A stretch of DNA of 61,835 bases, filler included, from Kipferlia bialata (taxonomy: Eukaryota), in assembly GCA_003568945.1 (NCBI GenBank). It is 2 parts of 2 records of this genome, joined end to end, with 100 filler letters (N's around TTAATTAATTAA, not from the genome) between each part and the next. Parts side by side here need not be neighbours in the genome. Positions count along the whole stretch, not along the records: positions 1 to 30,889 come from BDIP01000117.1; positions 30,990 to 61,835 come from BDIP01000118.1. One strand, given 5' to 3'. Position numbers and translations under genes: made by a program. The notes below the pieces were generated by a model. It was not told the DNA's origin, did no database searches, and saw only the letters and a program-made list of their open reading frames with translations. This document shows, piece after piece, positions 22,422-35,686 of the stretch. Each line of letters begins with the position of its first letter. The first letter of the stretch is position 1.

Positions 22422-24326
22422 ATGGGTGACGTGTCAGATGTGCTCACAGAGCTACAGGACAGGTACCACAGTGTCAGTGACTACTGTAGAGAGACAGTAT
22501 ACCTAGCCTCAGATTGGATTGACCCATGTCTACAGTATGGCGCGCCATGTGGCTGTAGTGTCTCTCAATCACCATTCCTCTACTCTTACTGTACTATGAC
22601 GCACACATTTGGTGGGTGTATGAGTATGATGTGTGGTATAGCGTCCATATTCCACAACACACTACCTTTACGCGCTTCTTCACTCACTCCCACTATACAC
22701 ACTGTGGGATGCATATCCACTGACCCACCAGGCAGCGTAGCATTAGCGATGCCCGGCAGCAGTGTATGGCCCAGTCAGACACCCTGCGGACACAGCTGGA
22801 GAGTATCAAGAGGCAGTACTCAGGTGGGGGGTTGGATTGAGTTGGATTCCCTCTACTATTCATCATGTCTGTACGCACTCACCCTCAGAGCTCATGGACC
22901 CCACTCTAGATGTGACCCCTAGTGCCTCTACTACAGATACCTCTACCTCTACTAGGGTAGATATGGTGGCACTCAGGGCACAGGCAAAGAGGGTGGGTGC
23001 TATTCATATACTCACTGAGTAGACGTCTATAGTCACACTCTCCACTACCCTATTCCCCCTTCGCCCCCCTACAGAGGGTCTGTAGGGGTCTCTGCTGTGA
23101 TCTACAGGAGTTTACTCAGCACCCGATCAAGTGTCAGTATCGTGTACAACATTCTCTATCCCCATCTATGTATCTATTGGTTCTCCCTCCTCATACTTCT
23201 TTGTGCATACCCGTCCATGTCCCCACCCACAGGTCCGTGCCTCTAGACACCAGCAAACACGGGCACTGGCCCAGTTCACTAAGAGTGTGGAGGCGCAGGT
23301 GGGTATCTTGTATGTGTGTATGTACCCATTGCTTCATACTCCTCAATAAGTGTATACTATTGTTCCCACCCACAGGTGCACTCTCTCTCGGCCCCTATCC
23401 TCTCACTCCCCGGGTCTCTCTTCCAGCCACCCAGTCCAGCCGTCATCGCTTCTCTCACTGCCTCTGCCGCCTCCTCTGCCCCTATCTCTGGAGCACTGGC
23501 AGCCGCAGAGGCACGGAGAGGGGCAGAGGCTAGGCGGGATATGCAGGTGAGTAGTTCAGTAGTGATTCATAGAATAGGCACTTCTCTATACACCGGTCTC
23601 TTCCAACCCTAGGCTGAGGACACCCGCGCCCACTCCCTGAGACTTGTGCTAGAGATGGTGCTGTGTGAGAGGGCGTGTATGGCGGCTGAGGACGAGAGGG
23701 AGAGGGCAGTGAGGAGGGGGGCTCTGTACCAGATAAGGGTGCAGAGAGCAGAGGCCATAGTGGCCAAGATGAGGTGGGGAAGTATATACTAGAGTAGGTG
23801 ATATACTTTGGGGTATATACTCTGGTGAGATACATTAGTGTGTACTCCCTTACACCCCAGACAGAAGCGCATAGCCATGTCTCCCTATGCAGCTGGTCAT
23901 AGTAGTCGTGCGGCTCAGGGCCCATACACCCACCACCCCTATGGCACCCAGCCACAGCACCAGTCACAGGTCTACACACAACACATGAGTGGGACCACAG
24001 GAGGTACCCAAACACAACCCCTCAGGCCTCTAAGTGGTGCTGTCTCTGCATCCACTACTCAGACTAGTAGTACCGGTATCCACTCCAGTCAGAGCCAGCA
24101 TGTAGGTGGACCCACCCGTTCTCCTGAGTCCTCCAACACTGCTGCTCTGGCTGCTATCATGGGACCATCTACCACTGGCTCAGCCTCTGGCACCGGTACC
24201 ATCCTCAGGATGACTGGTGGACATACCCAGATGGGAGGGGGACAAGGAAGGGGGGCTACAGGGGCAGCGAGGGTGGAGGGGCATCAGCAGGATGCTGGGA
24301 AGTCGCTGTCCAACTCTAAGGCTTAG
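22422..24326 (+). CDS. Hypothetical coiled-coil protein with low-complexity C-terminus (multi-exon)
   Basis: MGDVSDVLTELQDR|QRSISDARQQC..|ELMDP..|VRASRHQQ..|VHSLSAP..|AEDTRAHSLRLVLE..|QKRIAMSPY..SNSKA*. Confidence 0.6.
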
Positions 24327-24639
24327 GTCACAGATTGGAATATATTCATCTAGTCGTTCTTTGATTGGTGTGCGATGGAATGTCTCTGCATATTGACGAT
24401 AGATACAGTAGAGAATACTAGAGAACCACTCGTGGTAATAGATACCCTCACAGTGGATACAGTGGAGAGTCGGTATGGAATCAGCTAGCTATCCATGGCA
24501 CCCTGGAACAGGGTCTGCCTTAACATGTATCACTCTAAGGTGGGTATAGTCTTACGCAGTTCATTCCTTCCTCCATTGCACGCAACCAGTCTCTACCACA
24601 TGGTGATATGTCTCTACAGTAGTTTGATGGTCAACGGTG

Positions 24640-27600
24640 ATGTCGATAGTGAATGACACTAGTAGGTAAGTGACCCAATCACAACACCACTCCCAGACTC
24701 ACTGACAGAGAGATGTTGCGTTCTGCATCCTCCACATCCTGTGTCTGGTGGTCACATACCCACACTGGCTACATGCTGATAGCACTGTAGACCAACTCCT
24801 TGCCCTATACATGCTGATTGCCCCAACCTACACTGTGGTTCACCAGTGTCTTGGGTGTGTGGCAGACCTGGTACCCGAGTGGGCCCGGCTGGTGGAGTGG
24901 GTGATACGTGTAGTACCTATATCTGCTGGTGTAGGGACAGCCTCTTTCGTATGCAACGTACTCCGGCCAGATATAGGTCACAGGTTACTCACCTACATAA
25001 CCCTCCTTGCGCTAGTTCCACTGCTTACTGCTTCCGTGTTCCTGCCCAGTACCATGATTCAGGCAGAGACCACCTACCGCAGAGCCATAGCCACACCTGT
25101 ACCATGGTGCATGTCCACTGGGATATACTCTACAGCAGCGTGGACCACATACCTCTGGACACATACCCTCACTGCACTGGGGGTCTGGATAATAACAGCA
25201 ATACCAGTCTCCCACCTGTTAAGGAGTGTGATCTGCCTTACCCGTGCATGTGGTGTGGCATCAGTGACCTGGTTCTGTCCTGTCATGACGTACCCTCCGG
25301 CACTCAAGCTGGTCAAGCGCAGTATCGACAGAGTGACTGGTGCGATGGTTGTTCCGGTTGAGGTCACCCATGATCCGAGGCATAGGATCAATCGAGTGTG
25401 TATCAGATACCTCTCACTGTACACTGTTCCTTATGCGACTACTGCATCTCGGGTGGCAGTGGTTTCTTCTATATACCGAGAGCTCAGGAGTATAGTGCAG
25501 CTCGATGTCGCTGGTCGAGTGAAGGCACTATACCCCTATATGCCGGTGTGTGAGTGTCCTCTGGAACAAGAGGGACATCTCAGGAGACTCACTCTGAAGG
25601 TGATCCCTATTGCCGCTGAGCCCACAGACTATGTACACGAGTACCAAGTGGTTTGCCTGGGAGTCAGTAGGGTCAGCCTTGCTTGGGGGATATACTCTCA
25701 GTGCCTGTCATACCTGGCCCTGAGGTTCGCAATGCTAGAGATACCAGCTGTCAAGATTCTAACCGGGTTATGCGAAGGCCTCTTCTTCACCCTTCCCAAC
25801 ACTGCACCACCTGACCCCAATGAACCCATGACTGTTACATACGCAGATGATGTGTTGCGTATGTTGCAGGTATGATATATGTATACACAGTACTCGTGCA
25901 TCGTAGGTATATCTGCTTAGTTGATATATATATATATATATGAGCAAGAGTGTCTCATTGCTAGGAACTTCTAGGCGACCCTCAGTGTCTACCCATCCAC
26001 TCAAGACTGCCCCAGTTGGTGAGTAGTATACGAGCACAGACCCTGTACATGAGTGCAGAGGAGAAGCAGAGTCTGATTCCCGACAGCTCCAAGATTACAG
26101 AGCTGAGGACCCCAACGGTATATTGTGTATTAGTGTTATAATCTACACCTACTGAGTGTCCAACGACCATACATCTGACACTACAGAATGCGGATCCAGT
26201 CCCCTCCAGCATGTTGTTGTCCCAGTCATTCACTTCTCCAGCGATGGAAGACGCTGAACTAAAGTTTGATATGCCCTATGCCGAGGAGATTCCGTGTCTT
26301 GTAGCTGACTCACCTGCTGGAAGTGTATCCTTCTCACTATCGCACGAAGATCCCAGCGCTGAGATAATGAGCAATGCTGTATCTCTCAAAGACTGTGATA
26401 GGATGAGACCAGTCCGAGCCAGCTGGGTTATGTCGTTCATCGATGGTAAGGGACTACTGCATGATGTGTCGAAATATCGAAAAGTAACAATGAGGGTATA
26501 TGGGCTAGCTTATACCAGAGGGCCACCATCTTGCCGCTGTGGCAGTGTACAGACGATGGCTAAGGATGCTGCGTATCTGTGCACCCGACGGTTCCTGTGA
26601 TACTGATGCCGAAGCCTTAGAGCTCCTTGCATATCCACACCACATACACCCAGATGATTTGCCAAAGGTAGAATCACTATTGCGGATACATCATCAATAA
26701 GAATGACCCCTAATCGTAGGTGTATGGAGTAATGGGTGCAATGGCTGAGGCTCTGCCGAAAGAGCTTTTCATATGCGCATTCACGTACCGACAACTACTG
26801 AGGCCTGAGAACCCTGGTGTATACACATTCATGAGGACAATAGGGTATGTGTCAGTGTGCTGTAGTTCTATGTTCAGTCAATATTGTTGACACAGTGTCT
26901 ACTAACCAGTGGATGGTTCCATCTTACAATCTAGGTCGGTTGTCAGGGGGCAAACTGATAAGAATCCTCTTACGTATTCTGGCTACGCAGAGCGGATTCC
27001 TCCTAGTCTGCGTGATGAGACGAGGATCCAGCCTGAAAAGGATAGTGAGACAGGCCAACATACAAGTCAGATTGGGGGTTTCGAGCTACAACGACCCGCA
27101 CCTTTGTCATACCCTACCGACGGTTCTAAGGGGTTTCTAGTGGAGCACCGTCCCAGTGGGCGTCCCCACATTATCCTACCAACATCCCTAGTGCAACGCA
27201 ACTCTAGTCTGGTGACCTGTGAGTCGTGTGTTGACCAGATCATACTGCATTCACACACACTATGTGGTATGTACATGCTTACCTACTATTACTGATATGT
27301 TGGCGGTCCGGAATCCTAGTGGTTGAGGTGTGTGTGAATACTGATATCCAGCGTCCTGTCCGTCTCGCTCTCTGTTTGAAAGGGCGGTAATTGACAGACA
27401 CTTTGACGCGCACTCGTTTGATAGTGTCTTTGGAGGCTTTGGATTTGGGTGAGTAAATATATACTATGATTGCTTACACCCACTTCAGTATTGAATACTA
27501 ACTTCTAAATTCCACTATCCTCTTCACTCATTCGACAGATGGCTGCTACTATATGTCTACATGCACCAGTCAGCGTTTTGTCCAATCAATGTGCACCTAA

Positions 27601-28798
27601 CGTACCGATGTCTCGCCAGAGTCCTGTTCTCTATTCACAGGTACAGTGCGTTCCTCATTTACATTCTTATTCCTCACCGGAGGCTGATGCACGACAACCC
27701 GTTCCACAACGCCGTCCATGCACTGGATTCCCTTCAGATGGTGGTTCTTCTCTCTCGAAGCTTACGTAGCCAGTCAATGGGCCTTGTGCTGCTGCCCTCT
27801 ATCCTGCAACTGCTACTGATGCTTGCAACTGTGTCAAGCAACTTGGACCACCCTCTGGTCTCAAGAGAGTACCTAGCTGCTACTGATAACCCAATAGCAG
27901 TGCTGCATGGACCAGAGGCACCGACAGAGACACATGTACGTAAAACAGGCTGGCAGAATACAAGTGTTTCTGGAAGTGACCATTATACTGCTAACATACA
28001 GGCCGGATGCCTTCTGACCTCAATCTTCCACAGCGCCGGACTCTTTGATACTAGACCGCGCAAAATCGCCTTTGCACGCGACCTACTGGTTTCGACTAAC
28101 CCTAAACGTAGCAAGACTCTTCCGTATCAGCTACTGCGTACAAAGGGTTCTTCAAGGTGGTTAGAGAGAGTGGTTAGTGAAAGGCTTGTTCCTAGTGCCA
28201 TCGCAGAACCAGAAGGGGAGCTAGGTAATAGTGGATGTAAACACTAAGACCTAATGACTTTTTAACAATTCTTTTCTAGTGCCATAATTCTAGGATTGAA
28301 TTTCTATCCTAACTGCATTTCAGTCCTCATTCTAGGGCGCGCCCAGACTATATCGTGCCTCTCCCTAATGCTGATAGGCCACTTGGGCAATGCAGCTAGA
28401 CCATGGCGAGTGTCTGAGAGGTTCGCAAGGTCTGCTATGAGAGAAGAGTTCATATCCGGCAGGCTTGAAAGAGAGGCTGGTATGATAGTGCCAGCATACA
28501 GGAACGCAGAGAGTGGGACTGCATCGCCTGAGCTCATAGTGGCGGTGTGCCAGGTGGGATTGTAAAGCAAAAGTATTGGTGACTAAGGGTAGTCTAACAG
28601 TGGTTATCGAATATTGTCTGACCCTAGGTTAACCACTTTGACACGAGGGTGCTTCCCCTCTTGAAAGCACACACTGCATACATGGACAGACTAGGTCTTC
28701 GGGAAGCACAGCAGTTGGGACAGGACCTGGTGCACAGGGCCACTTCCAACAGAGACAAGTGGAGAGAGAGAGTGGACAGTCTATCTGAGGAGCAATGA
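24640..28798 (+). CDS. Multi-pass membrane protein with C-terminal class I cyclic-nucleotide phosphodiesterase-like domain (degenerate); start and middle exons uncertain
   Basis: Hydrophobic ORF 24748-25875. PDE motifs DNPFHNAVHALDSLQ, LDHP..R.YL.AT.NPIAVLH, LGNAARPW.VSERF...MREEF..GRLEREAG. Confidence 0.7.
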
Positions 28799-29149
28799 GC
28801 ATACGTCTAACCTAGTACCATATACCATACCGGCAGGGACACCACCTCTCTGCATCACGAAATCTACCAGCACACACACAAGAATAGAAGCGTTCTTGGA
28901 GGCCAATCAGATAACACTCATAGGGACACAAGTTTGCGACACAAAGTTAGAGTAGTCTACCAACTCCACTGATTCAATAGAGTCATCATTGTATTGCTAC
29001 TGAAGAGAAATCAACATACTGTTAGACTTGACAACAGAACTAATTATCACATGAACACGCACACTTACAATCGATTAACTCACGAGCTATATTAACCACA
29101 CTCTAAACCAAGAAACTGACAACACCACTGGATGATTACACATATCTTA

Positions 29150-30598
29150 ACCTCTTGGGATATCAGCGAACCCTATCTGAACAGTAGATGCACATACATG
29201 CAGGCCCTAGATATCCCACTCCTTAGTCTCTGGGGATATGAGCACCGGATCAGGCACTCTCGGACTCTGACTCGATTGTCTCGGATATGCTATGGGAGGA
29301 AGACACGCCCCTATCAGACTCAGGGTCCGAGAAGTCAGGGACCACAGTGGGAGAGTGGGTCCGTACTCTCTCTCCCTCTCTCTCTCTCACGCTAGCCGCA
29401 TGCTGCGGTGAGGTCTTGAGTGGAGAGGGCCGATACAAATACATACACTACTCTCACATGTGTACTGAAACTATTCATGTGTCATTCTGTATACCTATAA
29501 GCAAACATCAAAGAGTCAGACACAGCAAGAGGTCAGTCGTTGTACCACCATACATGTATCGATATATACACCACCCTACCTGCGTCCTTGGGTGTATGGA
29601 CCCATGTGTGTGAGGTACTGAGCCAACAGTACTCTCAGACGTCATCCTAGGCACTCCGGGCATGACATCATATGCCTCTCTCTCTCTCTCTCTGCCATAA
29701 TTGAGTTGGAGGTTAGCACTAAAGTACGGTGATGCAGGCACCGTCCCCATCCCCCCCTGCTGGCAGGTTGGAGAGTGTCCCATCCCCCTCTCCCCACCCC
29801 TTGGTGCCACAGGGGTCTGGGACATTATGGATGTCTGGACACCCTGATCCACAACCCCCCCCTCTCTCTCTCTCTCTGCCTGTCTGTCATCCTCCAGGGT
29901 GGAGTGTCTCTGGTAGGCAGGGGGAGAAGCTGAGGTTAGATGGATATGTATAGAGAGAGAGAGAGAGAGAGACTAAGAGAGAGAGAGAGAGAAAGAGAGA
30001 AATACAATGGAGTGTCTAGCAGAGAGAAGGGGAACTGGGGATCAAGTAGCAAACGCAGACAGACTTACACAATTCCGAGGCCTTGGGTACTTGAAATTAG
30101 AGTATCATTCAGTGGAAGGTGACATATAGAGAATCAGAGTTTAGGAAATAGGACAGGGGGAAAGGCTTGAGATAACGCGTGTGTGTCTGGCCGGTATACG
30201 TCAACACAACTAGTCTTTACTGTCACACAACCCCCCAACCCCCCCCACCCTCTCCATTCACAGTTATACATACCCACATGTCTCAACTCTATAGACATGC
30301 ATATGTACATGAGGATACATGACCCACCTGCTCTGTACTGGTAGTCAGACACAGGCACTGCAGTGTAAGGGGGCATGATGGGCTGGGGGTGAGAGGGAGA
30401 GAGAAGGCACCAGGGCGGAGGGAGAGAGAGGGGGATGACAGGAAGGGCTATATTGGCTAAAAGAATAGTAAGAGCTGTAACTGGATGACAGGTAAAGCTA
30501 GTAAAGAGGAAGACACGTGTATATCAGTGCCCATAGTTCTGTCCCACCTGACCATTGATTTGGACGCTGGACTCAGTCTCTCCCCTGCAGGCAACAAC
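29150..30598 (-). CDS. 3' exons of an unidentified low-complexity protein (5' part lost at the contig linker)
   Basis: Several CTSACCCCAG/CTAACCTCAG acceptors and GT donors flank short open segments (for example ORF 29508-29852). Frame ambiguous. Confidence 0.3.
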
Positions 30599-30889
30599 TG
30601 GGGTCAGGGACAGAGGGACATGAGGATCCAATAGTTAGATAGATGGTCTAGTAACTAATACCACGTGAGTGTCCCTGGGACAGAGACTCGCTAGAGGCAG
30701 AGTCTGTGGACTCCTGACTGAACGACTGATGGTCAGAGGGGGAGTCAAAACATGAGAGTATGGTAGTAACCAGTTTAATAGTATTAAACTAATACCAATT
30801 TAATAGTATTTAATTAATCCCAAAGAGAGATTAATGAAACAGGGGGGGGGGGGCAAGGGAATGATGGCCAGCTAGAAACCTATGATATA

Positions 30890-30989
30890 NNNNNNNNNNN
30901 NNNNNNNNNNNNNNNNNNNNNNNNNNNNNNNNNTTAATTAATTAANNNNNNNNNNNNNNNNNNNNNNNNNNNNNNNNNNNNNNNNNNNN
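30890..30989. other. Artificial 100-bp assembly linker N44-TTAATTAATTAA-N44
   Basis: A six-frame-stop palindrome centred between two 44-N runs. Confidence 0.9.
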
Positions 30990-31040
<51 letters not shown>

Positions 31041-31081
31041 GGGCCGCATATACATGTAGCTAGATAGTATTCAGCCCATAC

Positions 31082-34063
31082 CTCCTGGCCCTCCTTGTGT
31101 GTCACAACCACAATGCCTGTCAGCCTGTTCTTGTACACAGGGTAGACGGGGGAGTCCTCGGCCCAGGTGGTGGCATCAGCCTAAAGTAAGGGAGTTAGGG
31201 GGATAGAGAGAGAGAGAGAGAGGTGTCCACGTACCTGGTGTGGCAGCATTCTGCAAGGCCCCCTGAGCGTGTGCACCCCGGTTGTGTCGTCCTCTGCCTG
31301 TGCCCCCTCATCCCCAGGTGCCTGGGTCTCAGTCTCCATCAGGGCAACCTCGGCCTGGGGTGAGGGGCAAGCTGATAGAGAGAAGGGTGAATCTATCTGT
31401 GTATATCATACTCCCTCTGCCCACCTTGTATGCCTCTGCCGTGTGTGCTGCAGCCCTCCTGATGAATATGAGCATGTCGTCCTGCTCCTGTGTGCCACTC
31501 CTCTCGCGCAGGGACAGCTTCACATTGCGGACCTGGGGTGAGCGAGGCATATACACTGCAGAGAGAGTGATATACACTATACCATACCCACCTCTGCCTT
31601 CTTCTTCTTGACCCTCTCGGCATAGTGGGCGGGGTATGAGTAGGATGCCTTAGGGGCAGAGCAGGCCAGCTGGGTCCTCTTGGAGAGGGAGAGAGACCCA
31701 TCGGTGGGGAGGAATGCCATGGGGCTGAAGCCTAGGCACAGGGTGAGCATCATGGGGTGCCAGAACCAGCCCTGGCCAAACAGACACGCAGACACCATGC
31801 CTAGGGGGTGAGAGGGGGTGTGAGAGAGAAGAAGAAGGGTTATATGCAGGAGGGTCGTACCGAGAGCTGAGTTGAACCCAAGCCTGGTCTTGAGCTGGAA
31901 GGACACATTGCCCCCAGAGGCATTGATGAGGCCCAGGGCCATACGGGCGCCAAAGAGGGCGAGGGGGTCTCTGTTGCGCCTGGGGTTAGGAGGACATCAC
32001 ATGCATAATGCATGATGCATTTGTCAATCTACTGAGTCACACAACATACAAGTATCTGTGGCAAGGGAGGTATATATACATACATCGTTACCTAGACCTA
32101 TATATATATATATATATATATACAATATAGTGTTATACCTAGTGTTGACGAGCATGTCAACCAGTCTCTTCCTGAACTCGGCTGCATAGATGGGGGTCTC
32201 TGGGGGGTCAGAAGAGGATACACTACAACGCACTCAATAAGTCACACCCTCCTACCTGGCAATGGCTTTGACTGCTCTGCCTTCTGCTTCTCAATCTGGT
32301 CCTCCTTGTCCTGCTTACGCTCCTTCCTCGACTTCTGCTTCTTCTTCTTGCCATTCTTCCCCTTCTTTCCCTTCTTCTCCTCCTCCTCCTCTGCCTCCTT
32401 CTCGTCCTCAGGCAGCTCGGGAGAGGGCTGGAGCTGCAGCACAAGGGCCTGGGGTGAGGGTAGAGCATACATGAATATGGTCAAAGAGAGAGAGGAACAT
32501 GGAGGTGGTACATGTACTATGTGTGGTCACCTGAGCCATGAGGGAGCTCTGCACCACATAGGACTCCAGGGAGCCCTCGAGGTCCCTGAGCAGGGTGAGG
32601 GCCCTCCTGTTGCCTGTGCCGGCACAGGCCAGACCAATGCCCAGGGCAGCGCCAGACCTGGGGGTGAGGGGTATAGAGGATGTATCAACATGGTTACACT
32701 GCAATACAGTTAGTACCTGATGTGTGGGGAGTATGACCGAGTGGATAGGGCCAGGGCCTTGACAGTCTCCTCGGGGTCTGCCAGCAGAAGGGCAACGCCG
32801 ATGAAGGCAGCACGGCGGACCTGACGTCAGATGGGATACCATGCGACACATGATACAATTATTAAGTACTGTCACTCCCACATACATTGTCGTCTGAGTC
32901 GTTCATGCCGAGTCTGAGCAGCAGTCTGAGCTGGTCGAGGTCACCCGACCCGGCAAAGGCGAGGGCACGGGCCCAGGCAGCACCCTCCCTCATCTGGGGT
33001 CAGGGAGGGGATAGGTGGATATCAATACACACACACACATATATTATATATATATATATATGTAAATATATATAATATAATAAACACAACATGTACCTGG
33101 GGCCTCCTCTCGTTCTCAAGAGTCTTGATGAGGGGGAGTGCGTCCTGGCGGCACTCGTAGCATGCGAATGCAAGTCCCACTGCACATGACCTGGCCACCC
33201 TCTCGTGCTCAGTGTCTCTGGCCTGGTTCAGCATCATGTCCAGCCTCTCCTGCAGGGGCTGAAGGTGAGAGGGGGGGGGGGGGGGGTACAGGGAGATGGA
33301 AGAGAGAGAGAGAGGTCGGTACCTGTCCTGCCTCTGTCTGTGCCTTGGACACACTGCCGAGCATCAGAAGGCCACAGCCAAGGGCACTGCCCATGCCTGT
33401 GGGGTGAGAGAGGTCTTATACATGTATGGGCTATACAGAGATATATACGCATATACAGTATCCCACCTGTGTCTGGGTCTGCACTGAGTGTGACAGGCCA
33501 CAGGTCATCAAACAGAGTGATGTCATGGGTACCCATGGAGACAAGGCCCATGGACAGACCTGGGGGTTAGGGGCAAGGAGATGAACGACAGAGTAAGAGT
33601 GGGTGTATCTATATACCTGTTGCGTGGAGCATGGGTGCGCTCTGTGTCTGTGTGGCCATCTGGAGGTAGGACAGCAGCTGGGGCAGGGGGGAGTGCTCGG
33701 ACTTGGAGGCAGCGCCGGCATGGCACAGACCAAGGGCAAACACAGCGCCTGGGGGGGTAAGGCTAGTGTATATTAAGAGAACTAGTATATGTACGTGTAC
33801 GTGTCACCACAATACCTGCTGGGGCGTATGCAGCCTCGGGGTCCTGGGTGACAGCTGCCACAAACTGGTTGTCTGGGAGGTAGGCCTGGAGCCAGCTCTG
33901 AGGGGTCAGTCACAAGGGAATATGTAGTGTTTGTGTGGTGAGTGTATATATTTATAACCACACCTGGTCCGTGATTCCGAATCTGTGGATGGCGCCCATG
34001 GACGCCACACTGGCAAAGATGACCCAGCCCTTGGCCTGCTTGAACCATCTGGGGTGAGGCAGG

Positions 34064-34105
<42 letters not shown>

Positions 34106-34342
34106 TTAGAGACACTGGACACCCCACCTGAAGCGTGCTCTGATGAATCCCTCGTCGTCGGTGCCAGCTGCCATGAAGCCCTGGGCACACACGATGGCAG
34201 TGCGCCTCATGTCGTCATTCTCCCTGGGGTGAGAGGGGGAGGAGGCAGAGAATGAGTACAGAGGATATGGGACCCCCACTCACTTTGCCCTCTGTCCACT
34301 TGTGGCTCCCTTCAATGCCTTGGCCAGTAGGGCAACGTCGAG
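31082..34342 (-). CDS. RPN2: 26S proteasome base subunit Rpn2/PSMD1, partial (about 16 exons; N-terminal third and extreme C-terminus absent at gaps)
   Basis: TAIVCAQGFMAAGTDDEGFIR..WFKQAKGWVIFASVASMGAIH; QARDTEHERVARSCAVGLA; ALAFAGSGD..LRLLL..NDSDDNVR; RSYSPHIRSGAALGIGLACAGTGNRRA; FGARMALGLINASGGNV; QGWFWHPM. All colinear with Rpn2 PC repeats. Confidence 0.92.
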
Positions 34343-34902
34343 CTGGGGGTAAGAGAGAGAGAAGGAGGGGGGGGGGGGGGGGGGGGGGGATACCCCCTGG
34401 GCTNNNNNNNNNNNNNNNNNNNNNNNNNNNNNNNNNNNNNNNNNNNNGGGGGAGGGGGGAGGGGAGGGGGGGGGGGGGGGGGGGGAGCTCGAGGGTGCTC
34501 ACCATAGAAGAGAGAAGAGACCACTCCCCTGACATAGATATATAGCAATACAAATGGATGTACATGTATCTGGTTACATATATATTGTTTCCCATATCCA
34601 AGAGTATACATTGTATACATATGAAGTTAACTCCTGTCCTGGGAGGGATCACTACATGTACATACCTATTGGCATTTCATATTGATACAGGTATCAAGTA
34701 TCACTCAGCCACTGAGGTATATACAGAGTGACAAACACACCTCGGTAACTCCCTCCTTAACCAGACACTACTGGAATACTATACCACCCTCAATTATATA
34801 TATAGACCCTAACCGACCGACTGTAGTGGAACCGACATGTACAATTATAGATATATAAGAGTATATGCCCATATACACATAGATAGACAGTCGCCCCCAC
34901 CT

Positions 34903-35107
34903 TACCCATTGCCTCCACGTCACTGTCATCTGTCGACAGTCTGCTCTCCCCATCTGCCTCGATACTAGACGGCGCATCTCTCTCTCTCTCTCTCTCTCTT
35001 CGGCTGTCTATAGACAGCCGGGAGTCATCTAGATTAGTCCCAGACTGAGACATATCCGAAGACCCCACGTCAACACGCAGCGGGAATGGCGCTGGCCCAC
35101 CGGGCAT
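34903..35107 (-). CDS. First exon of an unidentified acidic/low-complexity protein
   Basis: ORF MPGGPAPFPLRVDV..VEAMG followed by a GTAAGG donor. Divergent from the BI-1 gene. No similarity to the Rpn2 N-terminus that I can see. Confidence 0.35.
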
Positions 35108-35452
35108 ACGCTATCCGGATATACTACTGCTTCTGTGAGGGGAAGACACCTGCCATTGAGTGAGACGCATGAAATCTCTCTGCACCCTCAATCTTGTTTT
35201 TGTCACACTGTACCCTTATTCGGGTGTCTTTTTTAAAGCCGAATCTGTGCGATTAATAATCGTACTGTTGATTCGCGGATGGAATCGTGTACTTGTCAAC
35301 AGGCACTGCTCTCTTCATCAGAGACTGTTCAGTGGAGGAATAACACATGTATAGGACTTCAGGTTGGGTGTGCGAAATAGAGCGACTTTAATCTTCAATG
35401 ATGTCTTCCCCCCCTTGTCCTCTCTCTCCCACTGTCTACAGTCACTTAACTT

Positions 35453-35650
35453 ATGCCAGGCCGTGGTAGATACAGTGCCACCTATGACGAGGACACCCAG
35501 GACGAGTACAAGGTGTGTATCAAAGATAGTGTGTCCAGTAGTTACCTATCCTCTCTCTCTCTCTCTCTGTCTACTCTATATACATATATATACTTATACA
35601 GGATGAGTACAAGGTGTGTTTCCCTATCTGCTGAGGATGGCACCATGCAC

Positions 35651-35686
<36 letters not shown>

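Noticed and set aside
30934..30945. Perfect palindrome TTAATTAATTAA
   Set aside because: Artificial six-frame-stop linker inside a 100-bp N spacer; the flanks may not be truly adjacent.
1552..34342. Two proteasome subunit genes as a functional cluster
   Set aside because: 28 kb apart, separated by unrelated genes and an artificial contig linker.
34343..34500. Rpn2 apparently lacking its N-terminal third
   Set aside because: Coincides with an N-gap between poly-G runs; most likely an assembly problem rather than biology.
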